A DNA stretch of 64,000 nt from Octopus sinensis (Eukaryota), in NCBI RefSeq assembly GCF_006345805.1, contig NC_042998.1, positions 133,114,001-133,178,000 on the forward strand. Reading direction: 5' to 3'. Both the position numbers and the translations under genes were made by a program. Below the pieces are notes generated by a model. That model made no database searches, had not been told where the DNA came from, and saw only the letters and a list, made by a program, of their open reading frames with translations. Below, piece after piece: positions 39,119 to 52,640 of the stretch (position 1 is its first letter; each line of letters starts with the position of its first letter).

Positions 39119-39591
39119 TTTGATATACATGTATTTACAAACAAAACAAAATATAAAGAATTTATGTAATGTCCTAACTCGACAGCTGTTTCAGGAAACC
39201 AAGAGTTAAATATTAATCGTAATTTACAAGTGATATATGCATAAAGTCATATATATGTCACTGTAACAATCAGATGATCTGATGTTGTTATAGACTGCTA
39301 GTCACAATCTGTTTCCTCATATTCATGCAGGTTTTGAATGATACTAACTTGCAGGCTAGGAGTGTAGGCTAACATTCAGTTTTGTATATGTATGCATGTA
39401 TACTTACCTATATAAATTTTTATTTATCTATATTTATTTATTCATATTTTGGACTAATGAGTATTTATCAGTTAGTGTGCTGATGTGTTGAGTAAAGCAC
39501 TAGCACAGTTTGGGTTGCCTGGTGTCATCCGCAGTTGGAATATATTTCCGTTGGATCTACTTCAGGAATTCTGTAGTATTAGCTGAGATAA

Positions 39592-39898
39592 TAATCGATT
39601 CGGTAAACAGAAACTGGAATTGGTATAACTATTTTGTACGACAATCATTTCGACCTATCCTGCGACTGTTCTTAGCTGAAGCGGGCAAATGACAACATAC
39701 TGCCCAAACACAAGATCTTTAGCGAGATACCACTTTATGTATGAATGTATTTGATGTGATCCAGACTGCAAAATTGATGCAGCACAATATGATGCACAGT
39801 ATACCACTCATAAAGGACAGTCGCAGGATTGGTCGAAACGATCATCGTGCAAAATAAAGAGTTATACCAATCCCATATTCCATTTACTTAACGGATTA
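39592..39898. mobile_element. Old foldback/MITE-like inverted repeat
   Basis: 39592-39673 is an imperfect reverse complement of 39813-39898 (ACAGTCGCAGGAT(A/T)GGTCGAAA..GTTATACCAAT). The spacer is about 140 bp. Confidence 0.7.
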
Positions 39899-39984
39899 CA
39901 CACACACACGCGCACAAGCACACTCACACACATGGCTTGTATATCCCTTATCTTCGGATGGGACGCCGATCTGCCGCAAGATTA

Positions 39985-40118
39985 CTCTCGTTTGCTAACT
40001 GAGTGAACTGAAGCACCGTGGTTTTGCTCAACAACACAAAACATGACTCAGTTCAGGAATCGAAATCACAGTTTCACGTTCATAACTGCAACACCCTAAC
40101 GACTAAATCACGCGCCTC
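39985..40118 (-). mobile_element. tRNA-headed SINE fragment with a head related to family C
   Basis: Minus strand reads GGAGGCGCGTGATTTAGTCGTTAGGG..GATTTCGATTCCTG..TGTTGAGCAAAAC. Confidence 0.6.
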
Positions 40119-40137
40119 CACACAAACTTACACACAC

Positions 40138-40228
<91 letters not shown>

Positions 40229-43200
40229 TATACACACACAGGTATATGTAAAGCACATTTGAATATACTAAAGAATATATTTAACAAATTAGAAGTCTTT
40301 TTATAAGAAGTCAAAAATAATTCTTTATCGAGAGAAATATTTTAAAATGAACTAGAGTACATATCCAGTGAGAGTAATCTTGTTGAGAATCTGTTTGGAA
40401 ATTCTATCTGTTTCCTCATTGACGTCCCTGCAACAGGGACGTTTACACTACAGTATCTTTGACAGAATCTAGTCCTTGTATTAACTTCATTATTACAGCA
40501 CGCATCATTTGTTTTACTTACTATAACCTTCTCCTTTATTGTATAGCAACAAAAATATACGGGGAACTTAATTTTTGAAATCTCGAACGCACTACATAAA
40601 CCTTACTACATGTGAAATTGCATTTGTCAAGTGTAGTTGTAATCCTAATCATTCCTATATTTATATCCTCAATGGTGGCTTCAGTATTGTGATGACAGCT
40701 AAAAACAGAAAGTCGAGTGACGGCAGGAAGAATGATTGAGCACGTAAGAGCATGAGTACTATAGTGCTGTTTGCGAGTTGCACTGCTGTATCCTGGATGA
40801 AATTCTGGAACTGTATTGCCTCTAAAGATGACAGTGTCTGAAGCCACGACAGCCAGACAATTTGGTGCCGCCAAAAACGCTTCCTTTTGGTTACAAGACG
40901 TCATAGCAAACTGGGTGTATATGTGAAGAAAATACTATTAATGTTTTGTAAATATAAAGCACAGAGAACTGACGGTCTACATTAGAGCAAATATTATATA
41001 GAGAATGGAAATTTGTTGCAGACACCACAATATAAAACAAACAGCCTGACTGCATGGTTCTGCTTTCCTGTCGCGTTGTGTGTTACCAGACTATATGCAA
41101 AAAGACAATACATTTTTGTAATGTCAACAGCACTTGCTTCGGTCAACGGTATCTACCACGAGGAGAGAATGAGGAAGAAAGGGGGAAGTAGAAGTAAAGT
41201 AAAAGAGAATATACTGATGATGGAAACAGAATATTAAACCAATGTTATGCTGAGGATCACTAGCAGTGCAAAAATACATGCAAAGAGAAAAGAGTTGTAA
41301 CAATAAAACCACAACTGGGACAAGAAAAAGCTGTATGAAGCAAAAGAACACACGTAAGAGAAAGTCAGAGAATTAGAGAGAAAGTGAAAGGATATAGGAA
41401 GTTAGAGAGAGAATGAGAGAGGCAGTGGAGAGAGTGAGTGACAAGGAAACAGAGTACTAAACCAAGAATAGCATGACAAATAGTTTGGTAGCATTTTACA
41501 GTACAGAGGTCGAATTTTCGTCACAAATGAGAACTGGTGAACGAATGAAGTTTTCATAATGACATTACACAAGTATTTTCTTATCTCCTATTTAAATAAA
41601 GATTCAAGAAACTTCCGGAAACACCCGACTTTCAGATTATACCATCGTTTTACCAGACTTCCTCTTGTATATTTAAATATAATGGTCGAAATATCGCTGT
41701 AAACGGCGTCACCAATAACAACATCAGCAGCCACAAGTACAACAACACCACCAACAAAAAGATATTACACCACTACCACCACCGTCGACAAGAACAACAA
41801 CAACTATAAATACAACGACAACAACAGCAGCCGCAGCCATTTTTTTTTCCTTTTTGTTAGAAAGACTATTAATTCTCCCAACGTTTGTCTCGTGCACTAT
41901 GGGTGGTGGAATTCAGCACAAACATGTGTATCCGGACATTTTCTGCCACCTAACTCTGTTATTTTTATAAAGAAACACCGGAAATAAGTGTTCAAAACCT
42001 TTCCACAGCTGCAGCCATAAAATAAAACCAAAAGGAAAAAAAATGAATTGGAAATTAGGGATCTGTGAGATATAAAAATATCTGCTAAAATAATTTCGAA
42101 AACAACCTAAAAATTATTAATATTCGGCAGCTGAAGAGAAGTGGATTTGTAGCAATGGTAAAGTACAAGACAAAATACCCCCTGATGATTGAACGATGCT
42201 CTTCTACGTGACCAAAGTTCGAATTCTGGTGACAGGTAGCTATTTTTTTCTACTCCGAAACCTGCACAAAATAGTAAAATGTAGTAGTAATATGTTAATA
42301 TCAATTCAAACAATAGCACTTGTTTGAAAATGTGCGATCAAAGTTAGAAAAAAATATGGATGACTGGTAGAGTTTCTGGATTGCATTAGAGATCTTGTAT
42401 TTCCAGGCGAGTAACTAATGCGGTGTGAAGTGGTTAAAACACATTCTAGTAGATTATGAGGAACGTTAATAGTTGACAATCTCTAACCTAGTGTGCAAGG
42501 CTGCGAAGTGTTTTATGAACATTTTGAGTTATTCCTCGAATACTATATTTCAGGACGGTCATTTTCTTTCTTGCCAAATAAGCGTACGCACTATATATTC
42601 GTTCTTCACTTGCTTATTACTATTTTTATTTTATTGTCTGGAAATTTTCGTCTCACACCTGTGACTTCTTCAGCAACTTTCCATCCCACGTGTCTCCTCC
42701 TGTTCTATTTAGTCCATTCTGTCTTTTTATATTTGAGGTTGTAGCTAAAAGAATTGATGGAAGATGAGTCTTATTAAACCGACTTAATTTTGCAAACAAA
42801 CCAAGGAAATGCTTCTACGAAGTCGATTCTGTTAGAAAATATAGGGAAATATCCCTTAAACCATACCCTACTGCCGTGAAAAATTATAATGAAGTTCTTG
42901 ATATGTAAAACAGACCGACTGATCACTACTGAAACGCATTTGATCATAGATCTCGGCATAGGTCAACTTTATACAACATATGAAGATATATGTGAACCAA
43001 CGAAAGATCTTGTAATGTGACAAATTTCGCTTAAATCACGCTGTATCGGTTTAAAAACCGATGGCTGATGGTGTCCTGGGTTCTCTGCACATAAGAATAT
43101 GAAGGCTGTTTAGGGTTGGAATGCTTTTGATCATTGGTTCACTCGATCACATCTGACTTAGAGCTTAATAACAACTCAAAAGACCACTTTTAGCAAATGA

Positions 43201-44638
43201 ATTGACAAGTAATTAAGAGTTGTCAGACTTTCATGTACATTTATTGCCATCGGTGCATAGGAACTTGAACTAATTGCTGATGATTCACAATCCATTGTTG
43301 CACAATTTTAGGGGTTACACATAACTTTCACCGTCTCAGTCCACCTTGCTAAAAATACATACTGTGCAAATGGATTAAAACTGGGTTTTAACTAATTTGC
43401 AGTTGAAAGAAGTAATTCAAGTTCTATATATTGTCATAACTATCTACATTTTTACACCAATTCTTGTTTGTATTTCTTATTAAGTATACTGAAGACTATG
43501 TAATTATTTAACTTAGCAGGGCGTATGGTAAATTAAATATTTATCCTATCTAAGTTACAGCTATTTATCTTATCAACAGCTACAACAAAAGGAATTTCAG
43601 ATTCACTACTCAATTATTTATCCATTCGGATGCTTCCATATTATCTACCACTCCTCTTATATAACATAATAATTTTGTTTTTGTAATATTCCTGCTTTTC
43701 CACGAACACATCGCTCTGAAACAGATTCTAGGACCATGTTTTGGTTTCTAATTAATAACCACACGAAAGCATAAAATGGAAATTACAACAAAGCGAGATA
43801 CCCTGCAGCGTTTAGTTGTACCATCTACGTTCAAATCCCACAGAGACTGCTCCAACTTTCATTCCCCGTGGTCAATAGAATGAGTACTAGGCAACCTGAA
43901 AAGTTTTAACCCTGTGTCAAGATTAAAAAATCAATACGCAAACCGTATGAAAACAAACGTGGATAAAGTGTAAGAAAGTATAACAAGGAAAACGACAGAA
44001 CAATACCGCCAGCTCTTTTCCGACCAATCCAATAAATGATTAATGATGTAATTAAAGCCAAACAAGAAGCAAGAAGCATAATGATATAAAATATTTAGGA
44101 AAAGTTCCAAAGGATATAAAGTTCAGATCTATTAACCTGAAATGCCTTAAGGAACATTGTAGACGAAAGAGTAAACATTGTTTTGGCGCACGATGTAAAC
44201 ATTACTCATAAATTTCTTTCTCAAATATTGATTTGCAAATAACAAAAAAATTTTAATTTATTAAAAATGGAGAATAATCTTGTGAAACGTTCACAATTTT
44301 CTAAAAAGCTACGACAGCATCAGTATTTTATGTAGAAGTTTAAGCTGTGAAATCCTTGAATCTATAAAGTACTTTAGAACATTATTGTTCCAGCCTGGAT
44401 ATGAAATACTAATACGGAATCACTATTAATCAGTAATAAAAAAAACATTATACTCCAGATACAGGTGCATGCTCATAAAAATATGTTAGAAAGAAATTCT
44501 GCTCTGTAGTTACATGGAGGCATGAATACATGTCCCGGTAATGACTAACTGCATGTGGCATGTGGGGCTCTGATTCGGAACTTCCAGGATTTTGTGGCAG
44601 TGTGGAACCATTTGCTAGCCACTATTGTTTGTATACAT

Positions 44639-44639
<1 letters not shown>

Positions 44640-44724
<85 letters not shown>

Positions 44725-45223
44725 TACGATGTATCTCTTATTATAAAAGACAGATTTTATCTGCCTCCCTTTGGGAGTTATACAAATCTACAATATAGGA
44801 TTTCTTCAATTACAATTTACCTTGCATTTTTAAGAGTACAATGCATCGCGTCATGCCAGGTCCAGTTTTTAAAATTTAAACTCCAATTAAGCAAAATTTA
44901 CAGAAAACTTACATTCTGGTGTGTGTGTCAAATGCTTTTCTTAGTCTGGTTTACACCACACGCAAACGCACACACACAGTGGGCAACGAATAAAGTGAAA
45001 CTAGATGTAATATTTGTTTCTCTCTATCACGTTGATAGATACATGAGTAAAATGTATGGGAAGCTAACACATAAGTGTGAGTGAAAATGTTCTTGGAAGA
45101 GAGTAAATAGCCAGAGATAGTGATTTGAGGAGGACTTTACATTAAATAACCGTAGTGGCTCGTGTTAGTAATAAAGTAAACATACACTCATACATACATA
45201 CATACATACATACATACATACAT

Positions 45224-45254
<31 letters not shown>

Positions 45255-45476
45255 TACATACATACACACACATACATACATACACACATACATACATACA
45301 TATACATACATACATACATATATACACACACACACGCATACACACACACACAGTATTGAAGCTTGAGAACAATCAGATACATTTGCAACACATCTGTTGA
45401 AAATATTATTGTTCACACACATACATATACATATATACATACAGACAGACAGACAGATAGACACACACACACACAC

Positions 45477-45552
<76 letters not shown>

Positions 45553-46046
45553 TACGATGTATCTCTTATTATAAAAGACAGATTTTATCTGCCTCCCTTT
45601 GGGAGTTATACAAATCTACATATAGGATTTCTTCAATTACAATTTACCTTGCATTTTTAAGAGTACAATGCATCGCGTCATGCCAGGTCCAGTTTTTAAA
45701 ATTTAAACTCCAATTAAGCAAAATTTACAGAAAACTTACATTCTGGTGTGTGTGTCAAATGCTTTTCTTAGTCTGGTTTACACCACACGCAAACGCACAC
45801 ACACAGTGGGCAACGAATAAAGTGAAACTAGATGTAATATTTGTTTCTCTCTATCACGCTGATAGATACATGAGTAAAATGTATGGGAAGCTAACACATA
45901 AGTGTGAGTGAAAATGTTCTTGGAAGAGAGTAAATAGCCAGAGATAGTGATTTGAGGAGGACTTTACATTAAATAACCGTAGTGGCTCGTGTTAGTAATA
46001 AAGTAAACATACACTCATACATACATACATACATACATACATACAT

Positions 46047-46081
<35 letters not shown>

Positions 46082-46314
46082 TACATACATACACACACAT
46101 ACATACATACACACATACATACATACATATACATACATACATACATATATACACACACACACGCATACACACACACACAGTATTGAAGCTTGAGAACAAT
46201 CAGATACATTTGCAACACATCTGTTGAAAATATTATTGTTCACACACATACATATACATATATACATACAGACAGACAGACAGATAGACACACACACACA
46301 CACACACACACACA
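44640..46314. repeat. Near-identical tandem duplication, about 827-bp period, with (CA)n(TA)n junctions
   Basis: CGATGTATCTCTTATTATAAAAGACAG.. begins at 44727 and 45555. ORFs 45142-45372 and 45969-46199 are nearly identical. Differences seen: one 1-nt indel, one T/C substitution and microsatellite variation. Confidence 0.93.
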
Positions 46315-46407
46315 TGATCCAGCATGGCCACAACCTCAAGGCTGAAACATATAAAAGAATAACAGAATATAAATGTGTGCATGTGTGTGAGAGAGAGAGT
46401 GTGTGTG

Positions 46408-46439
<32 letters not shown>

Positions 46440-46474
46440 TGTATGTATGTATGTATGTATGTATGTATATATAT

Positions 46475-46910
46475 ATAATAATGCGGTTTTTTCAACAGCT
46501 TGAACTAAAAGTCAGAGGGGAATGGGATAAACTACTTATATTAACTTGCTATAAAAGCAGGTAGTAATTTTATCTTGTCCTTATTCATAGTGCAAGTTTT
46601 GAAGAGTGCATTTCGATTTTAACAGCTATTTTTTTCAAAGCTATATTGGAACAGCCTAGAAGACGAGCCTCATCCTGAAAGATCTGTAGAACTCGACAAG
46701 GACATCCTGAAAACCCTGGTGGAACAAAATCTCATCGTAACTGTTGAGGAACTAGCAGAGAAGCTTGGATTTGGTCATTCAACCATTCATTGAGACCTGT
46801 GTGCTATCGGAAAAGTCAGCAAATTGGGTCAATGGGTTCCTCACGAACTTTCCGAGTCTAATTGCATGCAGAGAGTGAATGTATGCTTTTCTTTGCTGTT
46901 ACATCTCACC
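46475..46910 (+). mobile_element. Mariner 5' fragment
   Basis: TIR remnant AATGCGGTTTTTTC. The frame reads LEDEPHPERSVELDKDILKTLVEQN..EELAEKLG..STIH*DL..GKVSKLGQWVPHELS, containing the mariner WVPHEL motif. Confidence 0.88.
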
Positions 46911-46928
46911 ACTACTGCGCTATGTATA

Positions 46929-47565
46929 TCTATATATATAAAACTGTAGTTGTGTGAGTGTCTGTCCCCTTCGATTTAGATTCCTAACTACTCCCACATT
47001 TTGCGGTGCAGTTTAACCAAATTCGGGTAGCTTATAGTCGTGATTCATATCGAGCCCGTCTGAGTATTAGCGCGCGTCTACGATGAGTCTACGATTTTAA
47101 AAATAATTTAACATCATTTTTTATTCCATTTTAATGCATAATTTTTCGTGTGTCGATGGCGGCGGAGTTGGCGTCCACGCTCACACCTGCACCTGTGGGG
47201 AAGGGAGTGTAAGGAAATCAACGTCGTAATGCGTTGTCAAGGAGACCAGCGTTCTTTTAGAACAACGACTTCATGGCTTGAAGACACCAAAACAGAAATG
47301 GCTAAGAAAGCGTCTACATGAGTCTACGATTTAAAAAAAAATTTACCATCGTTTTTTTTCCATTTTAATGCATTTTTTCGCTATTATATAAGGGAAGTAA
47401 CTCTCTAAAAATGTCTACGATGAGTCAACGATTTTTCAAAAAATTTACCATCATATTTTTTCCATTTTTAATGCATTTTTTGCTATTTTTTGGCTATAAC
47501 TCTCTAAAAATACTTATATAGTTATTTCCCTTACAAACCCGAGCAACGCCGGGCGATACTGCTAG
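46929..47565 (+). mobile_element. Non-autonomous Helitron, subfamily a, with internal subrepeat expansion
   Basis: A|TCTATATATATAAAACTG ... CCCGAGCAACGCCGGG-CGATACTG-CTAG|T. The unit GTCTAC..GAGTC..ACGATTT..CCATTTTAATGCAT occurs three times internally. Confidence 0.92.
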
Positions 47566-48524
47566 TATATAATAAATTCATCACTAAGTTCGAATTTAAT
47601 CTGTATTATTACGGATTTTTCATATTTTCCATATCCTAAAAGAGAAATATGAAAAAAATCTTTAACCAGAACAGTCGCCTCTTTAATACATGTTTGTAGT
47701 ACTTACAATGTCACAGTCACCTTGTATATAGTTATTAATTACATGCAATTTAATATAGTATAATTTTAAAATGTATGAAACAATATAATATATTAATTTA
47801 TATGTTTACATTATATTACGTTATATTATATCATATTATATTATATTATATTATATTTCAAATCTTTGTGGAAAGAAAGTCAAAACGATAATACATATGG
47901 ATTTATGGATTTGTGACCGCCATATTTAGAGGACGAAATAATTCTTTTTAAAAAAAGGTTAAAAATTCCAGACTATTGCAAGCGGAAATGCCAATATGTA
48001 TTTAACAAAGCGTATAGCTCGGTAATTAATTCCACTTTCTCTGTAGTTTATGCTGTTCACATTTGCCTATAGTCAAGTGGGGTGGAGAATACATATGCCG
48101 GTGTTAAATTTCATAATAATAACATTGCTTGGTGATTTATTTAAAAAGAAATCCTTAACAGCAATGTGACTAATGCGTACGCGCGTGCGCACACACATAC
48201 ACACTCCCTTTCTATCTGACTATTTGTTGTAAAATCGTTTCCCTGTTTTCCTTTACACGATTCTAAAGCTTGTATAACTTAAGTTTTCATTGTTTTAAAT
48301 TAGTTAATTTATCGCTAATTATGCTGCCGTCTGATAGTTATTTAAGGAATGTGTTTTTATTTTATTTGATACTCATGTGTGTGTAAGTATATATAGGTGG
48401 GTGCGTGTGTGTGTGTGTCAGTGTATGTTTGTGTGCTCGTTGTATGTGTGTGTATGCATATATATGCTATATATTATGTAGATTATATTATATACGTGTG
48501 GGTGTATGTGTGTGTGGGTGGGTG

Positions 48525-48665
48525 TGGCTTACCAACCACATGGTTCTGAGTTCAGTCCCACTGCGTAGCACCTTGAGCAAGTGTCTTCTACTATAGCCTC
48601 GGGCCGACAAAAGCATTGTGAGCCGATTTGGTAGGCGGGAACTGAAAGAAGCCCGTCGTATATAT
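48525..48665 (+). mobile_element. SINE family B 5' half
   Basis: CTTACCAACCACATGGTTCTGAGTTCAGTCCCACTGCG..CACCTTGAGCAAG..GAAAGAAGCCCGTCG followed by a microsatellite. Confidence 0.85.
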
Positions 48666-48774
48666 ATACATGTGTGTGTGTGTGTGTGCGTGTGTGTGGT
48701 GTGTGTGTGTGTTTGTGTGTGTGTGTATGTGTGTGCGTGTGTGTGTAAATTTCAATTATATATGATATATATAT

Positions 48775-48868
<94 letters not shown>

Positions 48869-48989
48869 CATATATATATATGCATATATGTGTACAGGGC
48901 ATCACCAACTCTATAAACGACATGAAGTACTAAAACAAACGAGTTAAATACGCACACAACGAAAGAAAAAATATGGAAAATAGGAAAAG

Positions 48990-50354
48990 TAATACAGTTG
49001 TCGGCTGTCTATCTACTCATCATTTCGAGCATTCAGCGACAATATGAATTTTCGATGACATTTGGTCCCATAAGTAACAAAATAAAATTTTGAATTGATG
49101 GAGGCTGAAAGTTGGGAAGAAAAACAGGAAAGTGGAGACATATAAGGAAACCGAACGAAAACAAAAATGGAGGGTTCGTTAGACCAGGACTAGAGAAAAA
49201 TAGTGTACGGTGGGAAAAATATTTTCATTGAAAAAAGAAAAGATAGAAGAGAGAGATAGAATACGTTCAGTCCTTAGAACATCGTGCAAAGTAGCGAAGA
49301 GAGAATATTAATCCCTCTTCACGGCGAAGACGGGAGTCCGGATGGCCCCTGTGCAAGGACAATCCGAACATAGACAGGTGTTGTAAAGAATGACTGGTAG
49401 AGCAGAAATGGCGCGAGACCAGGGTGTCGTTGCGGAAACCGGTCAGCCAAGCGGCGTCCCGTTTGACCGATGTATATAGAAGGACAGAGAGAGCAGGAGA
49501 TACTGTAGATGACGTTGCGAGAAGTGCAGGTGAAGGAGTCAGTGATATGATAAGGTCGATGATGGGTGCATGTGAGGAGGGTGGTGTTGGAGAGGTAAGG
49601 GCAAGTGCGGCAGCGTAGCTGGACGCAGAGGAACGAGCCGGGTTGGGAGGTTGGTTTAGGAAAGAAGCTGTGGACCAAGAGTTCTCATAGGTTGTGGGCT
49701 CGTTTGAAGAAGGGGAGGGATCGGTTAGGGAAGATGTGCGAAGTGGAGGGGTCGGAAAAGACTCGCCTGAAGGCTCGGAGAATGGTGCATTGGAGAGGTA
49801 GGGTAGTGGGGTGGTTGGTAAGGGAAATGGGAGACGGGTGACGGCGGCGCTGGTGCGTGGGGGAAAGAGCAGATGCACGGTCCACACAACGTAATCTGGC
49901 TAGGGTGGTGTGGATAGTGGTGAGGGGATATCTACGTAGGATGAAGTGGCGAGCCATGAGTTGAGACTGAGTCTTAAAGTCATGGTGGTCACTGCAGAGC
50001 CTGCATAGACAGAGGAATTGGGAATAGGGGATGGAGAGCTTGGTGTGTCTAGTGTGGGAGGAGGATAAGTTGAGGTATGAGTCTGAGTCTGTGTGTTTGT
50101 AGTAGATGGCGGTGGTGAGAGTGAAGTGCTGACCGAAATGTCGAGAAAGGCAACTAGAGTGTCGGAAATAGTGCAGGAGAAGTGGAGGGCAGGATGGAAA
50201 GATTTGACAAAAGTGAGGAAAGAGTCTAGATGTTTACGGGAGAGTGAGGTTGCGCCGATACTGTCGTCAATATAACGACCGTATAGTTCAGGAGTGGGAC
50301 CAGTGAAACTCGAGAATATTTGGGCCTCAACGAAACCAACGAACAGGTTCGCAT
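48990..50354 (-). mobile_element. 5'-truncated Penelope-like retroelement (RT plus GIY-YIG endonuclease remnants)
   Basis: Minus-strand frames read ANLFVGFVEAQIF..LYGRYIDDSI..FHPALHFS (PLE RT) and YHITDSFTCTSRNVIYSISCSLCPSIYIGQTGRRLADRF (GIY-YIG). It is truncated at a (TA)n tract; the 3' boundary is approximate. Confidence 0.92.
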
Positions 50355-50358
50355 ATAT

Positions 50359-50431
<73 letters not shown>

Positions 50432-50628
50432 ATGCATGTATGTATGTGTGTGTATGCATGTATGTATGAATGAATATATATATATAAATATATATTTTTT
50501 CTTGAATGTAAAAGCTAATTAAGAATACTTAATACTTGGTTAGCATATATATATAATACACGCACTTACATACACAAAAACATACACATGCATGTATGTA
50601 TGTATATACATATATATATATATATCTT

Positions 50629-50690
<62 letters not shown>

Positions 50691-51685
50691 CATATATAAA
50701 TATGTGTATAGTTATGTATTATGTGTATGTGTATATATACTGTATGTACATATATGTGTATACATTATATAAATATGTAAATATATATGTGTATGTGTGT
50801 TGTAAATGAGTGTATGAGTGTGCATGTATACGCGTATGTCTATGTATATGTAAATAAATATATGTATATATATATATATACATGCAGACAAATAGACACA
50901 AACATATATATATATATGTGCATAAGTGAATGTATAGATATATGGGGGGAGGGTGTTAAGCGGTGTTTTCCAGTCAGTTAAATGCGCAATAAAATTGCCC
51001 TTAGAGAAGGATAAATATAGATGTTGATGTATGTATATTTATATTTCAATAATTATACCAATAAATGTATATCATGGTTTTATACTGGTAACCCTCTAGA
51101 TATTAATACAAATGGAAGTATTCTCCTTCCTCGCTGGATGCGATGCAAACTTTTCCACTTGCTTTAATGTTTAAGCTACGCTAATATAACAATAGATGGA
51201 GTTGACTGGTACTTTTACGAATATATAAACATTCACGCGCTGGCGTCCATTGATACACATGCAGATATATGCACTTAAATTCAATATTCTGTCTATGTCT
51301 GTGTGCATATATACATATATATATACATATTTCATACATGAGAATCAGATATTCTCTGTTGAGAATACACTTGTAGTGCTCTCAAGAACTTTAAACTTGT
51401 ACAGATAGAGAGCGGTTCGGCTCATATAATCTAATGATGGAATGAATTTGCAATCATTATTTTGGACCATCGAGCCTCCGGCAACAGTTGTTGGATTTGT
51501 AATACTCTTCTTCAACCGCGTTAATTTTTGATATCAGTTCTATTCTGTGTAAGTCGGACGTCTTTGTATGTAAACATATATACATTTTTTGTATTTAATG
51601 TATTTAACATTCTTTGTATATCGACCTGCCTACCTTGCTTATCTTTTTATCTACTTCCATATATGTATGTATGTATATGTATATA

Positions 51686-51739
<54 letters not shown>

Positions 51740-51857
51740 ATATACACACACACACACATATATATATATGTATATACATATATATATTATATATATATAT
51801 TATATATATATATATTATATATATACATACATCATACATACATACTACATACATACA

Positions 51858-52640
51858 TACACAATACCACTACATCACATCACTCTTTGAAGGCTATGCG
51901 TTTGCAATCCAGGAAAAGGAGATTGCCACAAAACACCTGGTGAACAAGAGAGACAGTGACGCTCTTGTAATTCCAGGGTGCAACCGCATGTGTAGGCTAT
52001 GTCATGTTTCTGTTGAAGACATTACGCATCTCATTAGCATCTGTCTTAAAATGTCGTCCTAGTACTATCCCACTATGCGCCACAATCATTTTGCTAAAAC
52101 AATTTACAATGCCATCCGCAAAAAAGACTGTCCTGAAATAAACTTATCCCTCTGTTATGGAATACATCTATAAACACAAACTCAAGGATTACTGGTGGAA
52201 TATTCCCATCAAAACGTCTGCATTACAGGCCGGTTATCGTTGTCTGTGACAGAGCGGCCAAGGTATGTACCATCATAATGGTTAGCTGTCCTGCTGATAT
52301 AAATATCTCTTTGAAAATCAAAGAAAATGAGGATATATATGGACAACTGCTTCGAAACCTCCAGCTTCTATATCCAGACTATGAATTCATATTTCTACCA
52401 ATAATGATTGGAGCACTAGATTTTGTTAGTAAATGCTTAAAGGAGAATCTGGATAAACTGGGATTTTCAGAAAGTGACCGGCTAATTCGTACATTACAAG
52501 TCCAATCTGTGAGAAGAATATTAAGAATATGCAAGATTTTCTCAAGCTCCAAATGTGAATGTGTCTGATTTGTCTGTTAACTACATCCCGAAGATGGAGC
52601 CTTGTATCTTTGTTGGAAACCGGCTCCCTCCTCAGTGGAT
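51858..52640 (+). mobile_element. 3' fragment of an RLE-type LINE, family 2
   Basis: Frames read FEGYAFAIQEKEIAT..CRLCHVSVEDITHLISIC (CCHC knuckle), YWWNIPIKT, and VSCPADINISLKIKE..YGQLLRNLQLLYPDYEFIFLPIMIGAL. The 3' UTR contains GGAGCCTTGTATCTTTGTTGGAAACCGG. Confidence 0.88.

Noticed and set aside
40536-40904. 122-aa minus-strand ORF in unique sequence
   Set aside because: No recognisable motif or convincing splice sites; the length is compatible with chance.
48990-49100. Hammerhead expected at the 3' end of the Penelope-like element
   Set aside because: Only partial motifs (CTGAATG, CTCGAAAT, ATGATGAG) without consistent stems.
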